A stretch of 64,000 bases of DNA from an uncultured Planctomycetales bacterium (GTDB taxonomy: Bacteria > Omnitrophota > Gorgyraeia > Zapsychrales > JAHFFX01), in NCBI GenBank assembly GCA_964464475.1, contig CAYXGG010000003.1:48823-112822 (forward strand). Reading direction: 5' to 3'. Shown here piece by piece: positions 43,369-54,436 of the stretch (position 1 is its first letter; every line of letters begins with the position of its first letter). Under the pieces are notes generated by a model, which saw only the letters and a program-made list of their open reading frames with translations, made no database searches and was not told the DNA's origin. A program made the position numbers and the translations under genes.

Positions 43369-44238
43369 ATGAATCCTTGGCTCTTGGCCATTCGCCCCAG
43401 AACCTTACCTGCCGCAATAGCTCCGGTACTGATTGGAACGGCCATGGCGCTACGCGACGGCATTTTGCATATTCCTTCGGCTCTCCTGGCTTGCTTAGGT
43501 GCTTTGTTTATCCAAATCGGAACCAATCTCGCAAATGATTATTATGATTTTATTAAAGGAACGGATAAAAACAGAATAGGCCCAACTCGGGTGACTCAGG
43601 CCGGATTGATTGCCCCTCAAACAGTCAAAAAAGCATTTTGGCTTTTTTTTGGACTAGCGGCCGTATGTGCCTGTTTATTGCTAGGGAGGGGGGGATGGCC
43701 GATTGCCGTCATTGGTATTTTTTCGATCATTTCTGGGTTACTTTATACCGCTGGACCTTACCCACTTGGGTACTTAGGGCTAGGAGAAATTTTTGTTTTA
43801 ATTTTCTTTGGTCCCGTGGCTGTGGCGGGAACATATTACGTACAAACTCTAGACATGACCCTCCCGGTTCTGTTAGCAGGCTTAGCCTCAGGCTTAATTT
43901 CTGCGGCTATTTTGGCCGTTAATAACCTACGCGATAAGGAAGGTGATGCCCGTTCCCATAAGCGCACGTTAGCTGTACGTTTTGGCCTTAAATTCGCACG
44001 TTTAGAATTTGCCTTATGCCTGATAGGTGCCGCACTAATCCCCGTGATCCTGGTCAGCCTAACCCAGGATTTCTTTTATTCGTTAGCAGGATGTTTAATT
44101 ATTGTTCCATCAATTCCAGTGATCAAGGTAGTTAATTCCAGAACCGATGGCCCAGCGCTCAATAAAGCGTTAGCCGATACCGGAAAAATTCTTTTTATTT
44201 ACAGTATCTTATTTTCCCTCGGATGGATCTTATCCTGA
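43369..44238 (+). CDS. menA: DHNA polyprenyltransferase
   Basis: WLLAIRPRTLPAA, NLANDYYDFIKGTD, NNLRDKEGD..KRTLAVR. Confidence 0.95.
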   Translation: MNPWLLAIRPRTLPAAIAPVLIGTAMALRDGILHIPSALLACLGALFIQIGTNLANDYYDFIKGTDKNRIGPTRVTQAGLIAPQTVKKAFWLFFGLAAVCACLLLGRGGWPIAVIGIFSIISGLLYTAGPYPLGYLGLGEIFVLIFFGPVAVAGTYYVQTLDMTLPVLLAGLASGLISAAILAVNNLRDKEGDARSHKRTLAVRFGLKFARLEFALCLIGAALIPVILVSLTQDFFYSLAGCLIIVPSIPVIKVVNSRTDGPALNKALADTGKILFIYSILFSLGWILS

Positions 44239-45344
44239 TAAAATCTTATCGTCTTTTTTCTTACGTGTTACCGTTTAAGAAACCGGTACGCATTAAAGGG
44301 CACGCGCTAACTAAGCGACAGGGATTATTAGTTCAATTATCTGATGGAAAATCGGTGGGCTGGGGCGAGGCAGCGCCACTGCCTCATTTTAGTCACGAAA
44401 CAACCGCACAGGCATTTAAACAACTACAGAAAATTCTGCCACGACTGATCACCACAACACAACAGCAGGGTTCGATAACAGCAGCCCAAGACTATTTAGA
44501 ATCAAAAAAGAATTATCCCTCGGTTGAATTTGCCTTGGAGTGCGCGCTACAGAATCTTTCCGACAACACTAAGCGACCTAGACAGAAAACCCCTAACTCA
44601 AACCACACGACTGTACTCGCCGTTCCCTTAAGCGGACTACTCCAGGGAAACTCTCGAGAAATTATTAACGAGGCTCATCGATTACAAAATTTGGGGGTAA
44701 CCTCATTTAAACTCAAGCTTAGCAATAACCACCAGCAAGACATTCAGCTATTACACAAACTTGACCGTTCTCTAAAACCAGGTATTGGGCTACGACTAGA
44801 TGCCAATCAACGCCTTAATTTTTCCGAGGCGGTAACGCTCATTTCGCGCTCTCCTCGCCACCGCATCGATTACATTGAAGAACCTTTCAGAAATTTGCAA
44901 ATAGCTGAAAAACTCTTTCAAGCAACTCAAACTCCTTACGCACTAGATGAAAGTTTAAGTAAAATTAGTTATAATGTTTTACCTAAACTAAAAGGGTTAA
45001 AAGCGCTTATTCTAAAACCCACCCTGCTGGGTGGATCAAAAAATTTGCGCCATTGGGTGACCTGGGGCAATAAATTAAAATTGCAAATAATTTTTAGCGC
45101 TTGTTTTGAAAGTTCTCTGGGCTTAAACCGAATCATCGGGTATATTCTTAAACTGCTCAAGCAGCCAGTGCCCCAGGGGTTAGACACTTATAAATATTTT
45201 AAGCACGAGCTGACCAGTTATCCGTTAACCATCAAGAATGGAAATTTGATCAGCGCTCCAACAATTAATCATATTGAAGTAATAACGCCGAACTTCATAA
45301 AGGATGTGACGTATGAACCCAATTATTCCTTGCCCGCTTGCTGA
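44223..45344 (+). CDS. menC: o-succinylbenzoate synthase
   Basis: GWGEAAPL, FKLK, RLDAN, YIEEP, ALDES, LKPT. Confidence 0.9.
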   Translation: MDLILIKSYRLFSYVLPFKKPVRIKGHALTKRQGLLVQLSDGKSVGWGEAAPLPHFSHETTAQAFKQLQKILPRLITTTQQQGSITAAQDYLESKKNYPSVEFALECALQNLSDNTKRPRQKTPNSNHTTVLAVPLSGLLQGNSREIINEAHRLQNLGVTSFKLKLSNNHQQDIQLLHKLDRSLKPGIGLRLDANQRLNFSEAVTLISRSPRHRIDYIEEPFRNLQIAEKLFQATQTPYALDESLSKISYNVLPKLKGLKALILKPTLLGGSKNLRHWVTWGNKLKLQIIFSACFESSLGLNRIIGYILKLLKQPVPQGLDTYKYFKHELTSYPLTIKNGNLISAPTINHIEVITPNFIKDVTYEPNYSLPAC

Positions 45345-46779
45345 GGCAGCCAAAAAATTCAGCACACAACCAGCCCTGATCTACGGTCCTCGAGCCATCT
45401 CTTTTCGACAATTAGATCTCTGCGTGTCCTCAACCGCTAAGCAATTAAAAAAACTGGGCGTCCACAAAGGTCAACGCGTGGCACTCGCGGACGAGAGGAC
45501 GCTAGAATCCATCGTCATCTTATGGGCTCTGTGGAGAATTGGCGTGGTCGTTGGGTTACTGTCCAATAAACTCCCTGAAGACGCCTTTAACACTCAACTA
45601 AAGAAAATTAACGCTCAACTCTTGTTTACCTCAGAGAAAGCCTACATGGTTTCCCGTCGAATCCTACAACGCAAATTTAGACCTGATGAAGTCATTAGTT
45701 TTGATGTCAAAGAACCATCCAGTGGTAATCCAGAAAAAATGGATCTCTCTCAACCTGCCACCATTATTTTTACTTCAGGAAGCTCATCCGAGCCGAAAGC
45801 AGCATTACATACTTTGGGGAACCATGTGTACAGCGCTCTAGGAGCCAATATGAACATCTCCATCGAGAAGGGAGATAAATGGCTATTATCGTTACCGCTA
45901 TACCACGTCAGTGGTGTCAGTATCTTGTTTCGTTGTTTGCTGGGGGGGGGCACCATTATTATTCCTCGGGAAGATGAGGACATTCTACCCGCGATCCGCC
46001 GCAATAAAATCACCCATGTTTCATTAGTAACGACCCAATTATTTAGACTCATGAATAATGGCCCCTCGCAAACCGAATTATCTTCCATCAAATGTGTTCT
46101 GCTGGGAGGAGGCCCGATTCCTCCATCGTTGCTTAAAGATGCCGCGGAATTCGAATTACCCGTATATCCGACCTACGGTTTAACTGAAATGGCTTCTCAA
46201 GTTGCCACTGCAAATACGCCATTAAAAAATGCCGATGATAAACTGGAACTCAAAGTCTTGAAATATCGAGATCTTAAAATCTCTGGGCAAGGAGAGATTC
46301 TGGTCAAGGGAGAAACACTGTTTAAAGGTTATGTTGAAGCAGAGCGTATTAAATTACCTTTGAATAGCGAGGGTTGGTTTGAGACCGGGGACCTCGGGGA
46401 AATGGATCAAAACGGAAATTTGAAAATATGGGGACGAAAAGACAACATGTTTATATCCGGTGGAGAAAACATCCAACCGGAAGAAATTGAAAAATTACTT
46501 AACCAAAAAGAGGAAATTCTGGAGGCCCGGGTCATTCCGGTCAAAAATACAGAATTTGGCTTTCGTCCAGCTGCTTTTATTAAAATCCGTGAAACTGACA
46601 AGGAATTAACGACGGAATCGCTGCGTTCCTATTTAGGACAGCAGCTTCCTAAATTTAAAATTCCTGTAGCATTTTACCCCTGGCCCACCGAATTGGAGCG
46701 TGAAAATCTAAAAATTAGCCGCAAGGTGTTAAGCGAGCTACTAACCAATCCCCAGCGTCCTATTTCACCCATTTCTTAA
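45313..46779 (+). CDS. menE: o-succinylbenzoate-CoA ligase
   Basis: FTSGSS..PK, LPLYHVSG, TYGLTEMASQ, TGDLG, FISGGENIQPEEIE. Confidence 0.93.
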   Translation: MNPIIPCPLAEAAKKFSTQPALIYGPRAISFRQLDLCVSSTAKQLKKLGVHKGQRVALADERTLESIVILWALWRIGVVVGLLSNKLPEDAFNTQLKKINAQLLFTSEKAYMVSRRILQRKFRPDEVISFDVKEPSSGNPEKMDLSQPATIIFTSGSSSEPKAALHTLGNHVYSALGANMNISIEKGDKWLLSLPLYHVSGVSILFRCLLGGGTIIIPREDEDILPAIRRNKITHVSLVTTQLFRLMNNGPSQTELSSIKCVLLGGGPIPPSLLKDAAEFELPVYPTYGLTEMASQVATANTPLKNADDKLELKVLKYRDLKISGQGEILVKGETLFKGYVEAERIKLPLNSEGWFETGDLGEMDQNGNLKIWGRKDNMFISGGENIQPEEIEKLLNQKEEILEARVIPVKNTEFGFRPAAFIKIRETDKELTTESLRSYLGQQLPKFKIPVAFYPWPTELERENLKISRKVLSELLTNPQRPISPIS

Positions 46780-47164
46780 GCGACAACCGCATTTTAGGTG
46801 GTAAGGGGATTTTCTTATTAGTTTCTTGGCTAATGGTTACGTGAACGGTTTTTGCTGTACCAACCAGTACTTCCTTTACGTTAAAAATTTGATAACTAAA
46901 GGTAAAAGACGTCGTCCCAATGTGAGCAACCCTGATGGTAATAATAAGCCGATCACCAACAAAAAGTGGCTTTTTATAAGTTGCCTCGGCATGAACAATC
47001 GGTAAGAAAAAACTGGTTTTTCGGAGCATATGAGAAAAACTGAAACCCATTTTTTCCAACAGGGCTTCATACGCGTCATGAATGATGGAAAATTGATGGC
47101 TAAAAAAAAGCCTACCGGCAGCGTCGGTTTCATGCAATTTCACGGTGTGTGCATAGGTAAACAT
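46760..47164 (-). CDS. Hotdog-fold (4HBT) thioesterase, likely DHNA-CoA hydrolase
   Basis: VKLHETDAAGRLFF; adjacent to menE. Confidence 0.8.
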   Translation of the reverse strand: MFTYAHTVKLHETDAAGRLFFSHQFSIIHDAYEALLEKMGFSFSHMLRKTSFFLPIVHAEATYKKPLFVGDRLIITIRVAHIGTTSFTFSYQIFNVKEVLVGTAKTVHVTISQETNKKIPLPPKMRLSLKKWVK

Positions 47165-47257
47165 ATGATCTCCTTTGTAATTTTCCTTTAGTTTAAACCC
47201 GTCGGAGAAAAATTCAAACTTTTCCTCTAATTATTAAATTAAGAAGCGTTTTACTTA

Positions 47258-47285
47258 TTGACAAATGAATCTAAAGGGTTAATAT
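47258..47285 (+). promoter_or_regulatory. Sigma70 promoter of MIP-tpx-sod operon
   Basis: TTGACA-16nt-TAATAT. Confidence 0.6.
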
Positions 47286-47345
47286 AAGGAACATTTTTTT
47301 AGCATTTTTCGTTATTCCAATCAACCATCAGAATCAGGAGGAGTT

Positions 47346-48014
47346 ATGAACCTAAAAGCTTTGGTTGCGGAATTTATCGGCACTTTTGCGTTAATTTTTA
47401 TTGGCGTTGGTGCTATTGCCGGCAATCATTTAGGTAATGGAGCAACTGGTCTAACGGGTATCGCTCTAGCGCATGGTTTAGCCATTGCCGTGATGGTGAC
47501 GGCGACCGCGGCGGTTAGCGGTGGGCATCTTAATCCTGCGGTAACAATTGGCTTACTTTCGGTTGGCAAAATTGAAATTGGTAATGCCTTAGGCTATATT
47601 TTGGCCCAATGCTTTGGGGCTATTAGTGCGGCGGCCTTAATCAAATTATGCGTTCCGGCTGACGCTCTGGCTGCCGTTGGCATGGGAACCCCGTCTTTAG
47701 GCGCCCATATTTCAGTCACAATGGGGTTAATTACAGAAATCATTTTAACCTTTTTCTTAGCGTTTGTTGTTTTGGGATCCGCGGTTGATCAACGCGCTCC
47801 CAAAATGGGGGGACTTTTTATTGGGTTAACCGTCGCTTTAGATATCTTGATGGGAGGACCGATTTCTGGAGCTGCCATGAACCCGGCTCGCCATCTGGGA
47901 CCAGCATTGCTCGGAGGCGGACTGGACAATATCTGGCTATATTGGGTTGGACCTATTGTGGGTGCGGTATTGGCCGCTCAAATTTATAAAAACATTTTAG
48001 AACAGAAAACTTAA
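47346..48014 (+). CDS. MIP/aquaporin channel
   Basis: AEFIGT, SGGHLNPAVT, AMNPAR; AGGAGGAG RBS. Confidence 0.96.
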   Translation: MNLKALVAEFIGTFALIFIGVGAIAGNHLGNGATGLTGIALAHGLAIAVMVTATAAVSGGHLNPAVTIGLLSVGKIEIGNALGYILAQCFGAISAAALIKLCVPADALAAVGMGTPSLGAHISVTMGLITEIILTFFLAFVVLGSAVDQRAPKMGGLFIGLTVALDILMGGPISGAAMNPARHLGPALLGGGLDNIWLYWVGPIVGAVLAAQIYKNILEQKT

Positions 48015-48035
48015 GAAGCAGAAAGGAGTCGACAC

Positions 48036-48548
48036 ATGTCTGAACGACAAGGAGCCATAACATTAAAAGGTAATCCGATGACCTTAACGGGTTCGGAATT
48101 AAAAGTAGGTGATGCCGCCCCAGACGTCACTTTGGTCGCCAACGATTTATCGGAAATTAAGCTATCGTCTTACAAAGGCAAAAAATCGATCATTCTAACC
48201 ATACCCTCTTTGGATACGCCGGTTTGTGATACGGAAACCCGTCGTTTTAACGTTGAGGCCTCCAAACTGGCGGATGTCAAAGTTCTGGCCGTCAGCATGG
48301 ATCTTCCCTTTGCTCAAAAAAGATGGTGCGCTGCGGCGGGTATTCAGAATGTACAAACCTTGTCAGATTATCGATACGCTGATGCGGGAAATAAATTGGG
48401 CGTCATGATCAAAGAACTAAAACTACTCGCTCGCGCCGTTTTTGTCATTGATTCAAACGGAAAATTGGCCCATGTGCAACTGGTCAAAGAAGTCGCCAGC
48501 GAACCTGATTATAACGCGGTCTTAGAAGCGGTTAAAAAAGCGGCGTAA
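48036..48548 (+). CDS. tpx: Thiol peroxidase
   Basis: [25 protein letters not shown]. Confidence 0.95.
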   Translation: MSERQGAITLKGNPMTLTGSELKVGDAAPDVTLVANDLSEIKLSSYKGKKSIILTIPSLDTPVCDTETRRFNVEASKLADVKVLAVSMDLPFAQKRWCAAAGIQNVQTLSDYRYADAGNKLGVMIKELKLLARAVFVIDSNGKLAHVQLVKEVASEPDYNAVLEAVKKAA

Positions 48549-48577
48549 TTTTTAATTCAAAATTAAGGAGGCTTATC

Positions 48578-49204
48578 ATGGCTTTTAGTTTACCGAAATT
48601 GGCTTATGACTATACGGCTCTGGAGCCGCATATCGACGCCAAAACAATGGAAATTCATCACAGCAAGCATCACCAAGCCTACGTGGATAATTGTAATAAT
48701 GCTCTCAAAGGGAATGCTGAATTAGAGGCAAAATCACTGGATCAACTTATCGCCCATATTGGCGCTGTTCCCGAAAACATCCGCGCCGCCGTCCGTAATA
48801 ACGGAGGAGGGCATGCTAACCATTCTTTATTCTGGAACATTATTGCTCCTCATGCTGGCGGAGAACCTAAGGGAGAAATTGCTGACGCGATCAATAAAGA
48901 ATTTGGTAGTTTGGCAACTTTTAAAGAAAAATTTGAAACAGCGGCAAAAACTCGCTTTGGCAGTGGCTGGGCCTGGTTTGCGGTGCAAAATGGCAAGCTG
49001 GCTGTTGGTTCAACGCCTAATCAAGATAATCCCACCATGGATGTTTCTGATTTTAAGGGTGTTCCCATTCTAGGGCTTGATGTTTGGGAGCACGCCTACT
49101 ACTTAAAATATCAAAATCGACGCCCCGAATATGTCACCGCTTTTTGGAATGTTGTCAATTGGACTGCGGTGAACGAGCTTTATAAAAAAGCCATCAAGAA
49201 GTAA
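48578..49204 (+). CDS. sodA: Superoxide dismutase, Mn-type signature
   Basis: [28 protein letters not shown]. Confidence 0.93.
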   Translation: MAFSLPKLAYDYTALEPHIDAKTMEIHHSKHHQAYVDNCNNALKGNAELEAKSLDQLIAHIGAVPENIRAAVRNNGGGHANHSLFWNIIAPHAGGEPKGEIADAINKEFGSLATFKEKFETAAKTRFGSGWAWFAVQNGKLAVGSTPNQDNPTMDVSDFKGVPILGLDVWEHAYYLKYQNRRPEYVTAFWNVVNWTAVNELYKKAIKK

Positions 49205-49220
49205 TAATAAGATAGCATCC

Positions 49221-49255
49221 TCAGGGCGGATTTTCCGACGGAAAATCCGCCCTGA
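49221..49255 (+). terminator. 16-bp hairpin after sod
   Basis: TCAGGGCGGATTTTCC-GAC-GGAAAATCCGCCCTGA. Confidence 0.75.
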
Positions 49256-49286
49256 CAAATTACTTAAAAAATTTTCGCGCATTAGC

Positions 49287-49355
49287 TTGACACTACCAAA
49301 ACATTTTTTATACTACATCTAGTGGTTTAAAAACATCAACCGCAAAATATAGTAG
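49287..49355 (+). promoter_or_regulatory. nrdAB promoter with tandem NrdR boxes
   Basis: TTGACA-16-TATACT; ATACTACATCTAGTGG (49310-25) and CCGCAAAATATAGTAG (49340-55) match acaCwAtATaTwGtg. Confidence 0.8.
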
Positions 49356-49515
49356 CAGTAATTAATTTTGATTCCGGCCCTCGTTGACCGTTAATATAAA
49401 AGCAATCTTCAAATAAGATGACACAGCAGCTCTTCCAAATTAGTAAAAATTCATTCTCTCACTTAAGTTATAAAAACCCTCGTTTGAATAGGACCCGCTA
49501 AGGAGGATCATTTTC

Positions 49516-52500
49516 ATGTCGCAAGAAACCATCCTGGTCACCAACATGAAAGTTAAAAAGCGTAACGGGCAAGTCGTATCGTTTAACTCCATTCGCATTT
49601 CCAACGCCATCGCCAATTCTTTCAAAGAGCACTTACGTTTACCCCGCGAAGTTGATTTAGCAGACACGACCGGAGATGCCGTTGATAAAGTCACGCAATG
49701 CGTACTATCGGTTTTAAAAGGACGCATCCTTAATAAAGAATTCTTGACGGTCGAAGAAATCCAGGATGAAGTCATTCGTCAGCTTTATGAAAACGGGCAC
49801 AAAGAAGTCGGCGAACGTTATGCGAGTTACCGTCGCCATCATGCTGCCCGCCGGGCTCTCTTTGAACTTTACACGACCACTAAACGAGATGGAAAAGTGG
49901 TCTCCTTTAAACCAGAAAAGATTACATTAGCGATTGCCAAAGCGTTTCGCGCCAGCAACAATGGAGAACTCAACGAAATTTTGATTGAAAAATCACGCGA
50001 GCTTTCCGATAAAGTCGTCGCCGAGGTCAAGAAACTCTGGCCGGAAGGAAAATCTGTCCACATTGAAGAATTGCAGGACATTGTCGAGCGCACTTTAATG
50101 GGATCTGGCTATCATGACGTGGCCCGACGCTACATTCTCTATCGAGAAGAGCACGCCAAAATTCGCAAAATCCAGCCGGAAGAATCGACATCTCCAATTA
50201 CCTGGGCCAAAAATATTCTCGTTAAATCAGAAACCGGTGAAGAAAAACCCATTGATCTTGAACACATTCGTTTTCAAATTGAGACCTGCTGTAAAGGTTT
50301 AAAGGACGTCTCCGCCGAAAAAATCTTTAACGAAGCGTTGAAGAATTATTACAATGGCATCACCGATCATAAAATAGCCATTTCCAACATTATGGCCGCC
50401 CGTTCATTAATTGAGATTGAACCGAATTACAGCTATGTTGCCGGCCGTCTCTTATTACTTTCTGAATACAAAGAAGCTTTAGGAAAAGAAGTCAGCTTTG
50501 AGGATATCAAAAAAGAATATCCCATCTACTTAAAACAGTTTATCGATTACGCCATATCCAAAGACCTTTTAAATCCGGATTTAAAACAATTCGACTTAGA
50601 TCTTCTCGGCTCGAAAATGGATCCGTCTCGCGATTTTCTGTTCCGTTACATGGGATTACAGACCCTTTACGACCGATATTTTATCCATTGGGATGATCGT
50701 CGGATTGAATTACCTCAAGTATTCTGGATGCGGGTAGCTATGGGTCTAGCCAGAAATGAGGGCGAGCAGAAGAACCAACGGGCGCTAGAATTCTATCATG
50801 CGCTTTCGACACTACGCTTCATGTCTTCGACCCCGACTTTGTTTAATTCGGGGACCATGCACTCGCAACTTTCCTCATGTTTTTTAACCACCGTCAACGA
50901 TGACTTGTTTCATATTTTTAAATGCATCCAAGATGATGCCATGCTGTCCAAATGGAGTGGCGGTCTAGGTAATGACTGGACTAATGTTCGAGCGATGGGC
51001 TCACGCATTAAAGGCACTAACGGCCGTAGCCAAGGAGTCATTCCGTTTTTAAAAGTCGCCAATGACACCGCTTTAGCCGTTAATCAAGGAGGGAAGCGGC
51101 AAGGTGCTATGTGCGCTTATTTAGAAGCCTGGCATTTGGATATTGAAGAATTTCTTGAATTAAGAAAAAACACTGGAGACGACCGACGCCGCACGCATGA
51201 TATGCATACCGCTAATTGGATTCCGGATCTATTCATGAAGCGGGTCAAACAGAATGCTCCCTGGACACTCTTTACTCCTAGCGAAGCTCCGGATTTGCAT
51301 CACCTTTTTGGCCAAGCCTTTGAGAAACGATACGAAGAGTACGAGCAAATGGCGAAAGAGGGGAAAATAAAACATTTTCGCGTTCTTTCGGCTGTTCAAT
51401 TGTGGCGAAAAATGCTCAGTATGCTCTTTGAAACGGGACATCCTTGGATCACCTTTAAGGATCCGTCCAATGTACGCTCACCTCAAGATCATGTGGGTGT
51501 TGTGCATAGCTCTAACCTCTGTACAGAAATTCTCTTAAATACGTCCGAAGAAGAAACGGCGGTTTGTAATCTTGGTTCCATCAATCTGGCGGCGCACACA
51601 ACGGCCCAAGGGCTCGATCATGATTTACTTAAAGCCACCATCGTTACGGCTATGCGTATGTTGGACAACGTTATTGATATTAATTATTATCCAACCAAAG
51701 AATCGCAAAACGCCAATTACCGCCACCGTCCGGTAGGGCTTGGCATCATGGGTTTTCAAGACGCCCTTTATATTCAAGACCTCAGTTACGCATCTCCTCA
51801 GGCGGTCCAATTTGCCGATGAGAGTATGGAGGCTATTTCCTACTATGCGTTACTAGGATCCGCGGAATTAGCTAAAGAACGAGGCAAATATTCCACTTAT
51901 ACAGGCTCGAAATGGGATCGTGGCATGCTGCCATTAGACACGCTATTTTTATTAGAAAAAGAGCGTGGAGGATACCTGGATGTTGATCGTTCTTCACAAA
52001 TGGACTGGGCACCCGTCAGAAATGCCATCAAACAACACGGCCTAAGAAATAGTCTCTCCATGGCAATTGCCCCGACGGCCACGATCGGCAATATTGTTGG
52101 CGTCACCGCTTCCATTGAACCCATGTACAAAAACGTTTTTGTGAAAAGCAATCTTTCCGGTGAATTCACGGTCATCAACGAATACCTAGTAGAGGATTTA
52201 AAAAAACTCGGTATTTGGGACGCCGAAATGGTCAGCGATCTCAAATATTTTGATGGGAGTGTTCAGGAAATTACCCGAATCCCCGATAATTTAAAAGCCA
52301 AGTACGCGACCGCCTTTGAAATTGACTACGAGTGGATCATTGACGCAGCCAGCCGTCGACAGAAATGGATTGATCAAGGACAATCTTTAAACCTCTATCA
52401 AGCCAAACCTAGCGGCAAAAAAGTTAGCGACATGTACATGCTAGCCTGGGAAAAGGGCCTCAAAACAACCTATTATCTGCGTTCCATGGGTGCGACTCGA

Positions 52501-52641
52501 ATTGAAAAAAGCACTTTGGACGTCACCAAATACGCCAATGTTGTTGGACAGCGCACCCGAGATGATAAGGGCAAAGTAGCGGCATCGCCTAACAATGGCC
52601 CGACGGCTGAACCTAAAGAAGATTGTGAAGCTTGTCAATAA
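49516..52641 (+). CDS. nrdA: Class I ribonucleotide reductase alpha, three N-terminal ATP cones
   Basis: [33 protein letters not shown]-terminal CEAC. Confidence 0.97.
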   Translation: MSQETILVTNMKVKKRNGQVVSFNSIRISNAIANSFKEHLRLPREVDLADTTGDAVDKVTQCVLSVLKGRILNKEFLTVEEIQDEVIRQLYENGHKEVGERYASYRRHHAARRALFELYTTTKRDGKVVSFKPEKITLAIAKAFRASNNGELNEILIEKSRELSDKVVAEVKKLWPEGKSVHIEELQDIVERTLMGSGYHDVARRYILYREEHAKIRKIQPEESTSPITWAKNILVKSETGEEKPIDLEHIRFQIETCCKGLKDVSAEKIFNEALKNYYNGITDHKIAISNIMAARSLIEIEPNYSYVAGRLLLLSEYKEALGKEVSFEDIKKEYPIYLKQFIDYAISKDLLNPDLKQFDLDLLGSKMDPSRDFLFRYMGLQTLYDRYFIHWDDRRIELPQVFWMRVAMGLARNEGEQKNQRALEFYHALSTLRFMSSTPTLFNSGTMHSQLSSCFLTTVNDDLFHIFKCIQDDAMLSKWSGGLGNDWTNVRAMGSRIKGTNGRSQGVIPFLKVANDTALAVNQGGKRQGAMCAYLEAWHLDIEEFLELRKNTGDDRRRTHDMHTANWIPDLFMKRVKQNAPWTLFTPSEAPDLHHLFGQAFEKRYEEYEQMAKEGKIKHFRVLSAVQLWRKMLSMLFETGHPWITFKDPSNVRSPQDHVGVVHSSNLCTEILLNTSEEETAVCNLGSINLAAHTTAQGLDHDLLKATIVTAMRMLDNVIDINYYPTKESQNANYRHRPVGLGIMGFQDALYIQDLSYASPQAVQFADESMEAISYYALLGSAELAKERGKYSTYTGSKWDRGMLPLDTLFLLEKERGGYLDVDRSSQMDWAPVRNAIKQHGLRNSLSMAIAPTATIGNIVGVTASIEPMYKNVFVKSNLSGEFTVINEYLVEDLKKLGIWDAEMVSDLKYFDGSVQEITRIPDNLKAKYATAFEIDYEWIIDAASRRQKWIDQGQSLNLYQAKPSGKKVSDMYMLAWEKGLKTTYYLRSMGATRIEKSTLDVTKYANVVGQRTRDDKGKVAASPNNGPTAEPKEDCEACQ

Positions 52642-52691
52642 ATTGAGTAAACTTTTTTCCGTACAAATCCACTTAAAGTAGTGAGGAGGTC

Positions 52692-53795
52692 ATGATGCCT
52701 GAGATCACACCTGAAACAACCCCCAACAACCGTGAATGCAAAAACCTTTCTGGTTCTTCAGCATTACGGATGACACGAGACCGCGTGTCTGCAGACAACA
52801 AACATTTAATTAATAACGGGCGTACCGTTGACGTTAACCAGCTCGTGCCTATTAAGTATCAATGGGCTTGGCATTTTTATCTGGATGGCTGCGCCAACCA
52901 CTGGATGCCGACCGAAGTTTCCATGCAACGCGACATTGAACAATGGAAAAATCCTAAAGCTTTCACGGATGATGAACGACATGTCATTAAAAGAAATCTA
53001 GGGTTTTTCTCGACGGCAGAAACGCTCGTGGGGAACAATATCGTACTTTCCATCTATAAATTGGTAGATAACCCAGAATGTCGCCAATACCTTTTACGTC
53101 AAGCCTTTGAGGAAGCCATTCATGTTCATGCTTTTCAATACATTATCGAATCCTTATCTATGGATGAAGGCGAATTATTTAATATGTATCGCGAAAACAA
53201 AGAAATTTACGAAAAAGACGAATTCTCCATGAGTTGCACCGATGGGATCCTTGATGAAAATGTTGACCTAAACACCGTTGAAGGGAAACAGCGTTTCCTT
53301 AACAACCTGGTTGGCTTTTATGTCGTCACCGAGGGGATTTTCTTTTATAGCGGCTTTGTCACCATGCTATCATTTGGCCGACAAAACCGTATGCCGGGAA
53401 CCTGCGAACAAATTCAATATATCTTACGAGATGAGAGCATTCATATGAATTTTGGCATCGCACTGATCAACGGTATCATCGATGAGCATCCCGAGGTTTG
53501 GACGAAAGATTTCCAAGACTATATTGTCCAACGCATTAAAAAAGCCGTTGAACTGGAAGTATCTTACGCCCAAGAATGCCTCCCCAGAGGAGTCCTGGGA
53601 CTGAATGTACCCCTTATGAGAGAATACGTCCAATATATCGCGGATCGTCGGCTGGAAAAATTGCGTCTACCCAAGCAATATTTCTCGGAGAATCCTTTTC
53701 CTTGGATGAGCGAGGTCATTGATTTAAAGAAAGAAAAGAATTTCTTTGAAACACGAGTCACGGAATATCAAACGGGTGGAGCTCTGGAGTGGTAA
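52692..53795 (+). CDS. nrdB: Ribonucleotide reductase beta, class Ic (Mn/Fe R2c) signature
   Basis: FFSTAE (Glu110), EEAIHVHAF (Phe148 at the radical-Tyr position), [24 protein letters not shown]. Confidence 0.95.
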   Translation: MMPEITPETTPNNRECKNLSGSSALRMTRDRVSADNKHLINNGRTVDVNQLVPIKYQWAWHFYLDGCANHWMPTEVSMQRDIEQWKNPKAFTDDERHVIKRNLGFFSTAETLVGNNIVLSIYKLVDNPECRQYLLRQAFEEAIHVHAFQYIIESLSMDEGELFNMYRENKEIYEKDEFSMSCTDGILDENVDLNTVEGKQRFLNNLVGFYVVTEGIFFYSGFVTMLSFGRQNRMPGTCEQIQYILRDESIHMNFGIALINGIIDEHPEVWTKDFQDYIVQRIKKAVELEVSYAQECLPRGVLGLNVPLMREYVQYIADRRLEKLRLPKQYFSENPFPWMSEVIDLKKEKNFFETRVTEYQTGGALEW

Positions 53796-53820
53796 AATTG
53801 CCAGGGAATCATTAAAAACC

Positions 53821-53850
53821 CAAAGGGCCCTGCGCTAGCAGGGCCCTTTG
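53821..53850 (+). terminator. Intrinsic terminator after nrdB
   Basis: CAAAGGGCCCTGC-GCTA-GCAGGGCCCTTTG. Confidence 0.78.
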
Positions 53851-53927
53851 AGTTTCAATGAGAATTTGCAAAGTTACCCTATATACTCTATACTGCAACT
53901 CTCAATTCTTTAATCAACTAAACAAAA

Positions 53928-54362
53928 GTGACCCCAATGCCCTGTTCGGACAGTTCCTCAGGAATCAATGTTTTCCTTGATTCCGCAGGACGATTACTCA
54001 AATTTCAATTTGCCAAGATTACTTGTAGCCAAGAAATCAGCTCATCCACCGGCTACGCGGAGTACTGCCAAGGACAATCTCCAGAAACTATCCTAGAGCA
54101 TCGTTACGCTGATCTTGTTAATCTCTTAAAACTTCACGATGAAGAAAAGCAATTTATTCTTCACTTAGAGTGGGAAGCCCTGCGTGCCGCAATCGCTCAA
54201 TACCTAGGACTAACACATCCCGATATAGATTCAGAACGTTGTAAAATCACATCCATCTCTTATTCACCCGAAGGCGTGGAGATCAATGAAGTGATTCTGC
54301 CCCCTAAATCGCTTCCCAAAATTATGGCCTGCGGGATGATTGATGGAGAGACATCGCACTAA
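53928..54362 (+). CDS. Hypothetical protein
   Basis: 144-aa ORF with its own TTGCAA-17-TATACT promoter (53866-94) and a downstream hairpin; no recognised motif. Confidence 0.6.
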   Translation: MTPMPCSDSSSGINVFLDSAGRLLKFQFAKITCSQEISSSTGYAEYCQGQSPETILEHRYADLVNLLKLHDEEKQFILHLEWEALRAAIAQYLGLTHPDIDSERCKITSISYSPEGVEINEVILPPKSLPKIMACGMIDGETSH

Positions 54363-54378
54363 AACTAGTTTGGGAAAC

Positions 54379-54416
54379 AAAAAAGCCTCCGGGGTTACTA
54401 TCCCAGGAGGCTCTTC
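54379..54416 (-). terminator. Intrinsic terminator for ilvBN (possibly bidirectional)
   Basis: AAAAAAGCCTCC..GGAGGCT hairpin with U-tract on the minus strand. Confidence 0.7.
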
Positions 54417-54436
54417 ATTGCAAAAAGCTAAAAAGA

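Noticed and set aside
49221-49255. Long perfect hairpins (also 43026-63, 53821-50) as REP/MITE repeats
   Set aside because: Their sequences are unrelated to each other and each follows a stop codon, so terminators explain them.
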